Assembly (NCBI RefSeq): GCF_022045235.1
Contig: NW_027266266.1
Location: 14,570,001 to 14,634,000 of the forward strand
Direction of reading: 5' to 3'
DNA length: 64,000 nt
From: Haliotis cracherodii
Taxonomy: Eukaryota
The position numbers and the translations under genes were made by a program. The notes below the pieces were generated by a model that saw nothing but the letters and a program-made list of their open reading frames with translations, was not told the origin of the DNA and did no database searches. Below are positions 12,128 to 23,987 of the stretch, piece after piece; the first letter of the stretch is position 1; each line of letters opens with the position of its first letter.

Positions 12128-15100
12128 ATGGCTTCTACCTCGCCTTTGTTTAATGTTTCCCTGCTGCCCGAAGATGTCCCTGGAGCTCAGTTTATTTATC
12201 CAGACGTCGATAGACATTCAGTTGTTCAGCTGAAACGGTGGTTGGAGTGCCGAGGCCTGTCGATGACAGGAACGAAGACCGAACTCGTCGAAAGGTAAGT
12301 CGTCTTATTTATTGGATTTCGTTAAAAATAGTATATGTCAGTTATGAGAATCTATGAAATATACATCTTTGTTAAAGGTATCGTGCCGTGATTGTTATTA
12401 CAATGGCATTAAGGTGCTCTGATGATTAACCCGATGAGCATATAATTTACGAGACAGACGTCATATCAAAATCCAAACCGGAAGTGATTTCCGTAATATT
12501 TGTTTATGCTAATAACGGATAATATTGAAATACATTTTTGTGTTTCAACTCCATAAATGTATGTGGGAATAATAGATTAAATCTGTCGTGCTCTGTCGTA
12601 TTCGTTATCAGAACGACATTTGCCTGGATGAGAGAATTCGGGCACTAAACGTTCGTCTGAAAAAGGGCAATAACTGTTTTCACCATTCTAATCTAACAGC
12701 TTGGGCTATGATACGGTATTTCCTCTATTATTTGTATATATTCATATGATGACCAAAACCTGGTCTGGCAGCCACAATACTATATGTACCTGTGCCAATT
12801 ATTCTATTTACACATGCAAACGTTGTTGTTATTACTATTATTTTCCAGATTATTTAAGGCATAAATAATTCCACACAATTTCCACGTAAAAATAGAATCG
12901 AATTACCAAACACATTTATTGTCATTTTCATCTCTATGTAGTGTTTTTCTTCACACACTTGGGCTAATATGAACAGAAGTATACAATTAACTTAGTTATT
13001 AATATGTATTATTATTACTTCAGTATATAACACCATTGCTTCAGGTCACGAGTAAGAGCCTTTCGGCATTACTATACTCTGCAAAAAAATTGATCTTATT
13101 ATCATGATTACCCCATAACAATGATTAAAGTGAGTGGACTAATATTACTAGTAATAATATAGATGGAAAGTAATCATGCAATCATTTACTAGTAAGCTCA
13201 GTGGTTGGAAACTGAATTCATCTACTCATTGATCAATATCTGAAATTGTAACATAACTGATGTTTACCCATTGTTTTCCCACAGATGTCAAGAGTGTATC
13301 AGAGCTCAGCAGGACACAGACATTTCCATTTCTATTGATAGTGGGAAATGGTACCAAATAAAGGTTCAAGATGTTTTGGCATCTCTTAACAGGTAACTAT
13401 GAGGTTTCAATTCCAGATTTTATCTTTGACCAAATGCAAAGATTGTGTAAGAATGGGTTGAAATATTATTGATGCATTTCCATTTCTGGATTGAAATGGC
13501 ATTGAATTCTGTGAACTTTTGTCAAATGGATTTAATATTGTGAACAACATTTGTAACGGAACATCATTTAAAAAGTACCCAAAAATAAAATGTAAGGGAA
13601 TTTTAATTACTGTTCACAGCATATTTTATTCTGAGAAAATTATATTAATCACTTAAATAATTGAATTAATCAACTCAAAAAAGATTTTTTTACAGGAATC
13701 AGAAAATATTTTTCCATCAGGTTGAAAAAAAAATGTTCGGAATATTCTAATTTTCAAAAGCTTCATGTCTTATGGGTCTTCAATATCCTATGGGTCTTCT
13801 GTTATAAAGTCCCAGGACCCCACACCCCACCCCCAAATTAAATCAAAATAATTGGTCCCTTAAGAAAGATAATACTTGCATCACATATATATGATATTAC
13901 AATGTCACATAGCTCGGTTTTAAGGAAGTTGATTTAACTTGCACCAGGTGCATGTTGACATGAAAACGCAGTTGCACTAAACAAAATCAGTTAGCCCTGG
14001 TCCAATATATATATTAAAGTTGAAACAGGCTGGTCTGCTGCCTGTGTCTTGTTTATTTTTGGATTATTGCTGTGAAACGTGATAGGAACATTTGCACACA
14101 ATCTAGAAGTACCTACAATGTGACAATGTCAAGCCCACGAAATCATAACAAATTACACACAACACAGATTAGTTATGTAGTATGGTAAATAAACTGTACA
14201 GGTATTGAATGTGATCCAAGATTGATGTGTGGATACACAAGGGTTAGACTTATAGACAAACAAATTTGGATATATTTTTTTACATGCATTTAGTGCATTT
14301 TGACATCAATATTAGGTTGCATGTTACAATAATATGTTGCACTGGTGCATGAATTATATAGCCAAATAGTTACCTGTGTCATGATTGTGTATTGCACTAT
14401 TTTCTCTTTGTATTACAGTTCAAGTCTGTGTTCGGCTGTGAGGCAACCTCCCACACCACCTATCACTGGATGGAAGGCCTTCCCTTCTGGCAACATCCCA
14501 CCAACCTTCTCATATGGTGATATATACCAGTATATTATTGCATCAGCCAGACTACAGCCTCTACCACAAGTCACTCCTATCAATGACGGTGATGATGATG
14601 ATGATCAGGACAACACCTTCAGCACTGCAAAGCCAATGAAGAAGGGACGAGCTTTTTTTAAGAGTGGCCACATACAAAATATTCAAACATGTTCTAAAAA
14701 TGAGTATTATTATCTTAAATGTGAATGTCTTCCATCATACAGACTAGGTATGATGTACCATGTACATGTTACTCTTGATAATTTTGCTGTCATCCAGGAT
14801 GCATCATGTGATTGTGTAGGTTCAGCCACTGGACGTTGTAGCCACATTACAGGATTGTTGTTTGTATTAGAGGATTATACTGTCAACTTTGGCTATACAG
14901 CACCCTCATGTACTTCTTTCTCTTGTTCCTGGAATAAACCCCGAAACAAAACTAGAAACCCACAACCTGCCCACACTTTGCAGTACAGCAAAAAGAGAGC
15001 TCCAAACCGTGTTATTGATCATGACCCATGTCCTGTTGCAGATCAGTCTCACAGAGCTGACAGTAGTTTTGCAACTGCTTTCATTTCTTCTGCACTAGCC

Positions 15101-15958
15101 TTGGATACAAATACTTCATGGCAGAGTATCCTAGAAATTACTTATGATGATTATGAATTGTCTAATGACTTGAAGTTACATCTCATGGATAAATGTGATG
15201 TTTTCATTGAAAATGTGAAAGAAAGTATTTCAGAGTATGGGGTTGGCCCTTGTGAAGTACCTGGTACTGTGGGTCAAGCAATTTCTGATCAGTGGCATAA
15301 TGCCAGGTGGTACAGAGTGACAGCATCTATTTGTAAAGACTGTTCTATGGTATCCACAGATCGAGGTAGATATCGCTTGTTATCATCACATGTATGGGGT
15401 ATTGATTGTTTTAATACAGTTGACATGAGGTATGGATCACATAATGAAAAAAGAGCCTTTGAAGACTATTCATTAAAATATGTAGAAACATTTACCTGCC
15501 TTGCAAGTGGTTTCTGGATAAATTCAAAGTATCCTGAACTAGGATGTAGCCCTGATGGCATCTTACAGTCTCTCAGTACAGATGTGGCTGATGGTGTTTT
15601 AGAAATTAAGTGCCCATCAGTACTTGAAAACATTAATCCAACTGAGGCAAAAGAAAAACTCACAAAGAAGCAATACTATTCATTTTGCAGCACTTTCGAA
15701 AATGGCAGACTGAAATTGAAAAGGAATCATAAATATTATTTCCAATGTCAAATGCAAATGGCCATCTGTGAAAAATATTTTTGTGACTTTGTAATATGGT
15801 CGCCTGAGGGTATGTCAGTAGAAAGAATACCCTTCAATAAATTATTTTGGGAACAGACATACCGCCTCTTGAAAATATTTTACAAAAATATTCTAGTTCC
15901 TGAGATATTTGAAATGAGAGTGCCAAGAAAGCTACTTCCCTTTGATCTGTCTAAGTAA
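12128..15958 (+). CDS. SAP + SWIM zinc finger + YqaJ/lambda-type PD-(D/E)xK exonuclease, ~604 aa, 3 exons (12128-12294, 13285-13392, 14419-15958)
   Basis: Exon 1 is SAP-like (VVQLKRWLECRGLSMTGTKTELVER) and ends AG|GTAAGT. Exon 2 (ccacag|ATGT...AACAG|gtaact) and exon 3 (ttacag|TTCA) join in phase 2 without stops. SWIM CDC-x6-CSH. Nuclease motifs WHNARWYRVTAS, MRYGSHNE, GCSPDG, LEIKCP, YYFQCQMQM. Confidence 0.88.
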
Positions 15959-17979
15959 GCATAACAAACATGTAACATGAGTGAATGTCCATAAAAAAAC
16001 AAGACACAGAAGCTAATGGTCAGTGTGTTATATTTATTCACTTCCAACATTACTTTGATCATAGAACTGAATCACATGATGTATGATTCAGCTTTTTTTG
16101 AGTACAGTGTATCCTTGTGAGGTTGTCATGATTATTAGTACAATATACTTCATGTGTAAACTTGACATTATACTAAGTGAGCTCCATATCGTACCACACT
16201 TATGGTGAATATTTTTCTTGTGCTGCATTCATGAAGAAAGTGAAACACCTTTGCTCCCAGTTAGTATCGTGAGGGCTAGAACTTGTTCTCGTTATTCAAG
16301 TTAGTAAACATTTCAACATTTTTTCACTTCTAACATTGTATATGCAATGTGAGAATATATGCAATGTGAGAATGATGAACGTTAATAACTAGTATGCATG
16401 GTGTACAGCTTTAGCAAAGCAACTAAGTGTCCAGATAATGTTATTCAAGTTATGTTAACAACCATGATAACAATAATGTGCAGTACTGTCATTTGTCATT
16501 ATTTTTATACTTCACGGACTAAGTATTTCACAAATGTGGATACAAGTTAACTTTGATTAACACAGCATGAAGAGATTTTGTCGCATACCTACTTATTGAT
16601 GCAATACATGTAGTGTCATAAATCGTACGTAAGTAACGAAGAAGATTCAAAATTGCATGTGGTACCTTCAGAATCAGGAAGGAGAAAAGGACACATTTGA
16701 GTTTAAATACATAATTGGTAATAGAAACAATCATATCATGAAAACAAAACCAGTAATGACTTCCTGAAACATTTGTTATTGTTTTCAAGGAACAAGAGGT
16801 ACTAAGTTGACAATCAGAACATAATTGTCATTGTTTAGAGTTTAACAAACAATTATGGCGGTGACAAAATGGTTGGGCTGAAAGGCATAAAATGTTTTGC
16901 ATATCTACAGTGGTAATGTTGTTAATATTTTTCATTATCACTATTTTCAAAGTAATAGTTCCATTGTTGGAATATTATTTTATCATAAACTAGATCAGTG
17001 GAGACATGCAGATACTGTTACAATTGAAACAATGGTTATGAGTGTGTAGTTTTTTTTATATAACCATGAATCATACTTCTCGCTGAGAGATACCTCCGTA
17101 ATGTTTACCCTTTTCTAGTTGTAGTCTTGACATAGTCTTGACATGTCAATTATTCATGCTGTACAAAAGTGTGCATACCTCCTATACGGAAACTGGGTCA
17201 ATGTTTCCGGCCTGTTCCCATGACAGACATATCAATTTGTACAACAATACCATGTTCAAATGATCATTCCAATACATACTGCAGTTGTTGGGAAAAATAC
17301 CTTGATAAACAGTGAAATAATTGTAATACCTTGTTTTCTAATAACAGTTATGACGATACATCTCACCCTCAGGGACATGTAATAACACAGGTGAAGTACT
17401 ACAGCCAACAATGCTGTTAAATATTAAAGTGGTTCAAAGCTCATATGATGATGGCTTCATGTCCTTGAAGAAAGTTTAGCATGATTCCAAAAACGATTTT
17501 CTGGGATAATATGTATGAACATTATGACACAGAACAGATCACAATTGTGAATGATTCAAACATCTATCTTCACAAAAATAAAACTGATCAACTAATTAGT
17601 AGCTATTTGATAAGGACGCAGTGAAAACTGCAACAGACATGAGTCTAAAATTGTTCACCAGCGCCAGTCGTGGACATATACATGAGGTGTCAATAAAAAT
17701 TTTACGAGCTATATTACTCTTCGTTATTATTTCTTGCTGCAGGTAGTCACAAGTCATGATTGAACACCGATATATGGCATCGCAAATGGAAACTGGCGAT
17801 AGATGCTGAGCAATGACTTGGTTCATGATGTACATGTTTTAGTGCGCTTTTTATTGTATAAAGAAGTATTTATGAGATATTGAAAAATAATCAGCTGATA
17901 ACGACAACTACTCGGGCTAGAATTATCGTACCTCCAATCATATGTAATATACATTCAATCATGGTAATGGGCTAATGCC

Positions 17980-20835
17980 CTATTTAACAAGTGGTGGCTG
18001 ATAGTTGGAAAGCATTCCTATAACAAATACTATCTGGGACGCTAAGTGTTTCATTGAAAGAGGAATAACTGTGTTTAATATACGATACTCCCTCAACCTT
18101 CCCACTGATCTCTCCACATGTATTCTTGTTCTAGCAATAGATCGAGTCAAGATATCTTCTTGAGGAGTCAGCTTGTCCCTTTTGCCTAGAAATGGAGGAA
18201 TATTCAAGTGTGCTCTACGGCTCATGAGGAGATCTTTGATATTGAAGCCTCTATCGGCTAAGATCAAATCACCTGGGTTAATTTTTTCAAGAAAGCCTGA
18301 TTTCCTGATAATATCTCTGTCTGATATGCCACCTTCATATGCATCAGACAAAAATGTAACAGCACCAGTTGGAGAAATACCAAGTAAAACTTTCAAGGTG
18401 TTGTGAGTTTTGTACTGAGAGTACATGTTGCCTTGCTCACCATAATCACTTGGTCGCTCAGAAAACACTTCGAAACAATCAACAATAACTCTGATGTTTT
18501 TGAAGCTTTTAAACACAGATGGCAATGTTTTCCTGATAAGATGTCTAGAAGGAAAGATGTGATCTTTCAAAGTAATAAATTTCATGTACAGAAACTGAAT
18601 CCAAGTGGTAATGATACAGGAAACAGAACCGACACTGATGTTATATCTATAGGATAAATCTTTTGTTGGAAAGTTTCTCCTTAATCTGACAAGTGTCAAA
18701 ACAAGCTGGTCTTTGATTGATAAAACCCTGCACTTGCCAGGTTTACTGGAACTTATCTTATTTCCACGCCAGTAACAAATGTCATTTACACTGTCACCAA
18801 GGGAAGCAAAAAGATGATTAAAATGAACAGTTTTCATGCCAGTAGAGTACTTGAATTTCTTCTTATTAGATACCAAATTATCAAATAGTAAATCACAGCT
18901 TTTGTTGTCAAGATCCCTGCTTATTTCACAATATGAATCAGGGACTTGTGCGGTCATCTTTTCATAAATTTTAGATACCAGAATGCTGGAACACACAAAC
19001 TCAGTCTGGTTGGACTCATGCTTCGTTGTCGGCATTGCTTGGCAGGCAGCATCACTGGACCTGAGCTCAGTCAAGGTAGCCTCTTCTGTGTCAGCACCAG
19101 TAGCACAGACATTTTGTTCCTGTTGACATAAAAATTAACTAATGATACATAATGTTTGCTCATTAACATCTAAGGCATGGTTAGGAAATTGTTGTATCTT
19201 AGTGGCAATGTCATGGTTGAAGTAAGTTCCTGGTGCCTGAGTGAGTATGGCTTTACACCGCTTTGAGAAATACTCCAGCAATATCACGACAGGGGACACA
19301 AAAAATGGGCTTCACACATTGTGCTCGTGTGGGGAATTGAAACCATTCTTTGGCATGGCGAGTGAACACTTTAACCACTAGGCTACCCCACCGCCCCACC
19401 TGTTGCCTTGAGGTCATACTTGTAAAATATATTTTTTCAACAATACCATAATACCACCTACTACAATGATTGCATCAGCTGCTATTAATAAGATAAACAA
19501 ATGGTGAACAAACAACGTGCTTAAATGCTTAATGCATCAATGAAAACAGTGTTATCAATTTCAATGAAATTGAAAAGGATACGGAATAACTTTCAAATTA
19601 CAACTGCTTATTATCTAGCCATGGTAAAATGACATTAATGAGTCTTCTAGTTGAACCTTTATTCCAAAAGGCACACCTAAAATGTTCATGTGTGACTGTG
19701 GCAGACAAGAAAACAAAAACAGGTCTAACCCTTTAAGGTTAGGTGTAAGGTGACATTTTCATAAACAAGTTATCTGCTGAAGCTAACACTGACTTGCAAC
19801 TAGGTCTATATACAAAGTAAATATTCCTTTAGGATAATATTATTAATGGTTTACATTCCAAAATTGCATACCATAATTTTTTTTACTTAAACAAAATATG
19901 GATCTAATATTTACCATTGTTTACATGGTTAAATATGATTGCAGAGCCCATTTACATCTGATTACAGGCTTAAATTAATTTTTTTTACAAATGTAATACA
20001 TTTATGGCAATATAAAAATTGGTCCATACCAATTCGGTATTGACTGTTTCCTGCCACTCCAGGTGCTTTCTAGAGGTGTATGGGTGGTCAGCTGCACACA
20101 CTGCAAGTAAAGATAGGCCATCACCTGCTGTAGAAGTGGGCTCCAACCTGGATACCTTACATGGAAGGGGACATCTCTCCACAGGGCTCTTTCTTTTCTT
20201 TGAAAATTTCACCACCTTGAAAAAAAATAATATATGGACTGCACAAATCTGCAACTATGTTTGGAACATAGGCCTAGAATCTACTTATTGCTCACATGGT
20301 TGCTTTAATCAATTTTCCATGACATTTGAACCCAAATTAATGCTTGTCATAATTCCAAATTAAATAAATCTGAATCAGTTGTTAAATCTGAAAACTGTTC
20401 ACCAAATTGACAAAATGTCGTATGACATATCCAGTAAACACTTTGAACATCGAACATTAATTTGACCTTCTAGGCCTAGTCTACTTATGGTGTATCGACA
20501 TAGATCTAGATGTATGTGTCTGACGTTATAATGACAAAAATACACAAAATCATAACACGTCCCTGATCAAAAGTATATGTTGCCGGGATAGGATCGGGAT
20601 GTTCAAGTGAAGGACCATTCCCGCCGATAAAGTGCTTGGAACATATGTAGGTGTACTTGTTGACCTTGTCCGTCGTAAAGCCCTCTCGACAACAAGCGTG
20701 AACCCACCTTGCACACTTCTCAGGCTGCTTGTGAAACTTAGGAAACAAAATAAAATGGATCCCTGCCATGTCAGGCCTATCCGTATAGCGGTTGTCACTT
20801 CGGCAGATCCCATACGCACAGTGTTTAGCTGGCAT
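17980..20835 (-). CDS. THAP + HTH + DDE (DDE_Tnp_4-like) transposase, ~532 aa, 3 exons (20835-20563, 20215-20030, 19119-17980)
   Basis: THAP C2CH finger (CAYGIC...FPK...W...ICSKHF). HTH region (QLVLTLVRLRRNFPTKDLSYRYNIS). Catalytic IVDCFE / LADRGF / IHVER. Phase-0 joins keep the frame. The first donor reads CAG|GGACGT (non-canonical), so the end of exon 1 is uncertain. Confidence 0.85.
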
Positions 20836-20880
20836 CGTGTTAAAATATCCGAAACCGCGCTACAATTCTAACAAGCGGAA

Positions 20881-20948
20881 GAGGGACAAATGGCAATGTT
20901 TGTCCCTCGTTTTTCGCGCATGCGCGAACCTAAAATAGAGCGGAAGTA
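20881..20948 (-). promoter_or_regulatory. Right subterminal repeat and putative transposase promoter
   Basis: GAGGGACAAA/TTTGTCCCTC inverted pair (20881-20908). Perfect 16-bp palindrome TTCGCGCATGCGCGAA (20913-20928, NRF1/E2F-like). ETS-like CGGAAGT at 20941-20947. Confidence 0.55.
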
Positions 20949-21132
20949 TCTAAAATTCTATTTTTAGTAGTTTGGCCTTGTTGATGAAATGGCTTATTGG
21001 GATCGATGACATGCATCAACCAAGTCAGCGAGCCTGACCACCCGATCCCGTTAGTCGCCTTTTACGGTAGACTAGGTCTTCAGCAGCATATGATTGCCGT
21101 TAAAGGCGACTTAGCTTGTCGTAAGAGGTTAA

Positions 21133-22056
21133 CCCTTTGGCCCCATAAATCAGGCAGCTACTGTCCAAGTCCCTCACACGACTGACCGCTAAATCGGGCG
21201 CCTTCAACTTCCTTTCTCGTGTGTAATCTCGTTCTAAAAATAGAAACGAGATCTGGACGTGATAATACGTCTATTCATTTTATTTTCCGCGCGAACATCG
21301 AGAGTACATGTAGGTAACGTGTTTTCGCGACAGGTAAATTTTCTTGTTTGAATCGATAAATTCCTTGCGTAATGGCGGCCAACTACGATTCGGATAGCGA
21401 TCAGATGTCTAATGACGACCTTTTTGGGAATGATAATGTTTTTGATATGATTAATTTACACGAGGTGGAAAGGGAATTTCGCGATCTTTTGGGGGATTCG
21501 GACGACGACGAAGATTTTGATGGTTTTGACCAGGTGTACTCCCCTTTGAACTTTCAAGAATGGGAAAGGTAGAGGGACTACTAAGGTGGAGACATGAGGA
21601 GACTCGGCCCAAGAATATTGACACGGTGAGTGAAGATAGTCGTATTACAATGATTCTTTGTTTGAAAAGATTATCAGGGCAGCGAATGACAATGCAGCCT
21701 ACAAGAGAACGAACGATCCCAACAACAACAGAGGTGAGTGGTATGACGTATCTCTTGTTGAAATCAAGGCTTTATATGGCATTTTGCTGTACATGGATAT
21801 CGTCAAACTTGACAGGGATCAAATGTATTGGCATTCTGGCATTAAATATCCTTTGTTGAAATATCCAGTCACTGACATTATGTCCAGAGATAGATTCACT
21901 CAGGTAAAAAGGTACCTGCAATTCAGTACTGATATCCTAATGCTAATGACAAACTGCACAAGGTACGCTACATGCTTGATCATCTCAGGTCTTCTTTTCA
22001 GGAACACTACAGTCTCCAACAGCAAGTGTCAGTGGACGAGGCAATGATTCCCTTCA
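21133..22056 (+). mobile_element. piggyBac 5' fragment (copy A)
   Basis: TTAA|CCCTTTGGCCCC terminus. Acidic N-terminus from ATG 21372. IMSRDRF and VSVDEAMIPF motifs. Frameshifted and truncated. Confidence 0.88.
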
Positions 22057-23987
22057 AGCATAGCTTTTTACGGCAAGCATGGGTTGCTGAAGACCTATTC
22101 TACCCCGGAATCTTCACAGGTCAGAAATATTTTGGACTTCTGGCAATTTTTTTTTTGGATCGTTTAAGCCTTACAACCAGAATTTTTTTTAAAAACACAA
22201 CTGTTCCTCACAGTTAATCTTTCCCATGCTATCAATCACAGTGTTGTAACAATTATATATATATATATATATATAATGTAGGACATGTCATGGTGATCGC
22301 CTCCATAATTCAGGTTATTTGTCTTGCATTTTCTGACTTGAAGTTGCTGTATGCTGCTTCATCTTTTGGTTGCTGTACAGCAAAAAATCACTCCCGCATA
22401 ACCAGACCCGTGAAGATTCCGGGGCAGAATAAGGTCTTCAGCAACCCATGCTTACCGTAAAAAGCGACTAACGGGATCGGGTGGTCAGGCCATCTGACTT
22501 GATTGATGCATGTAATCGGTCCCAATTGCGTGGACCGATGCTCATGATATTAATCACTGGATTGTCTGGTCCAGATTCGATTATTTACAGACCGCCGTCA
22601 TATAGAGCTGGAATATTGCTGAGTGCGGCGTAAAACAACCAACCAACCAAACCAACCATGGTTTTGCATACACAGCTGGTCATGCAGTGATATTGATCTA
22701 TATAATTAGATGCATCAGTATTCTTAGAGTGCCAAGTAATAGTAGCAGGAAATACTTCCATGGATTGAAGTAGGAGATTCAAAACAGTCCCTATATCTCA
22801 ATCCTGTTGCTACAGACCTCAGTTAGCTGTCCGGATTAGTTTCCTGTTTCCATTTACAGCTGGCATGGGCACATTCCTCTCTTTGCTGATCTGATGCAAC
22901 CCTGCACAGGAACATATTACCTAGGTAGGTGTTTAGTAAAACGTAACATACTCTCAGTAGGATGTTTGTTTGTTAAACGCCGCACTCAGCAATATTCCAG
23001 TTATATGACGACGGTCTGTAAATAATTGAGTATGGACCTGACAATCCAGTGATTGATCTCATGAGCATCGCTCCACGCAATTGGGATCGATGACATGCAT
23101 CAACCAAGTCAGCGAGCCTGACCACACGATCCCGTTAGCTCTTTCATGCCTGGCTGCCCCAGAGTTAAATATGTCCCTTGAAACACTGCTGTCCCTGACA
23201 AAAACCTGTACACTGACCTCCCTGGCAGTATTATTGAAAAATCACACTGTCAGTTTTAATGCCCTTTTTTCTTCCAGAAACTTGCTTTTAATATATACTT
23301 ATCATATCCTTTGTTGTTATTGTCTCTAACCTTTGTTATTTTCTTATTACTGGTGATGACTAAAACACTGAAAAAATGATAGCAGACAATGAATTTGGGT
23401 TCAAATTGTATTCAGAATCACAAAAATAAATCACAGATACAACGCGGTGGACGGCACAGGTCATCCCAGGTGTTACAGGTAAATCCTCTTCATGCGCATC
23501 TGTTAACAAATTTACAACACTTGGTACTGTTTTCTACACTGATCTCACGTATTACTTATGATACACTTAGCGCCTCTTAGGTAAACTCGTTAACTAATAT
23601 AAGAGACCCGTGAAGATCCCGGGGTAGAATAGGTCTACAGCAATCCATACCTGCCGTAAAAGGCGACTAACGGAATCGGGTAGTCAGGCTCACTGAACTG
23701 GTTGATACATGTCATCGATCCCAATTTGCATGGATCGATGATCATGATGTCAATCACTGGATTGTCTGGTCCAGACAAAACGTAATAAATAATTAAAAGT
23801 ATCACTAAAGTGTAAACTAGGTGTAAAAGGTAATGTAATAAATAATAATACAATATATATATATATATATATATATATTTTGACAAACATGAAAAGTGGA
23901 AATAAATATTTTCACAATTATTAAAAGTGGAAATAAATATATTTACATTATTTACAATGTTTGTGGCAAAGGACTGGGTTGAAATAA

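Larger units (their letters stand above)
11985..20995 (-). mobile_element. Full-length ISL2EU-type (PIF/Harbinger-related) DNA transposon, 9,011 bp
   Basis: Perfect 13-bp TIR AAGCCATTTCATC (11985-11997) / GATGAAATGGCTT (20983-20995). AT TSD at 11983-84 and 20996-97. Removing the element restores the SINE-B sequence cacgcaATtgggatcg. It encodes a THAP-DDE transposase and a convergent YqaJ exonuclease, the combination known for ISL2EU. Confidence 0.9.
11861..22122 (-). mobile_element. One SINE-B copy split into three pieces (11861-11984, 20996-21066, 22057-22122)
   Basis: TSD AGAAATGTTTTGG (11848-11860) / AGAAATATTTTGG (22123-22135). The pieces are collinear with the SINE consensus. Confidence 0.8.
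9635..22400. mobile_element. Diverged, inverted and interrupted copy of the 32222-36301 element
   Basis: Starts gtagaAT|AGGGGTGTAG. 9635-~11850 matches ~36300-34250 in reverse, and 22123-22400 matches ~34240-33880 in reverse. The far terminus was not found. The same terminus appears at 1-49 through the inverted duplication. Confidence 0.75.

Noticed and set aside
14345-15958. Phage or viral recombinase, or bacterial contamination; ORF-track start at 14345
   Set aside because: The gene has GT-AG introns and lies within TIRs beside a DDE transposase. The first ~24 codons of the ORF are intronic (acceptor at 14418).
20506-20835. P element or host THAP gene
   Set aside because: It splices in frame to a DDE_Tnp_4-type core, and the TSD is 2 bp (AT) rather than 8 bp.
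20997-21185. Recurrent small ORFs (MGSMTCINQVSEPDHPIP..., MVRLADLVDACHRSQ..., ITGLSGPDSIIYR...)
   Set aside because: Chance translations of SINE-B on both strands with inconsistent starts and ends.
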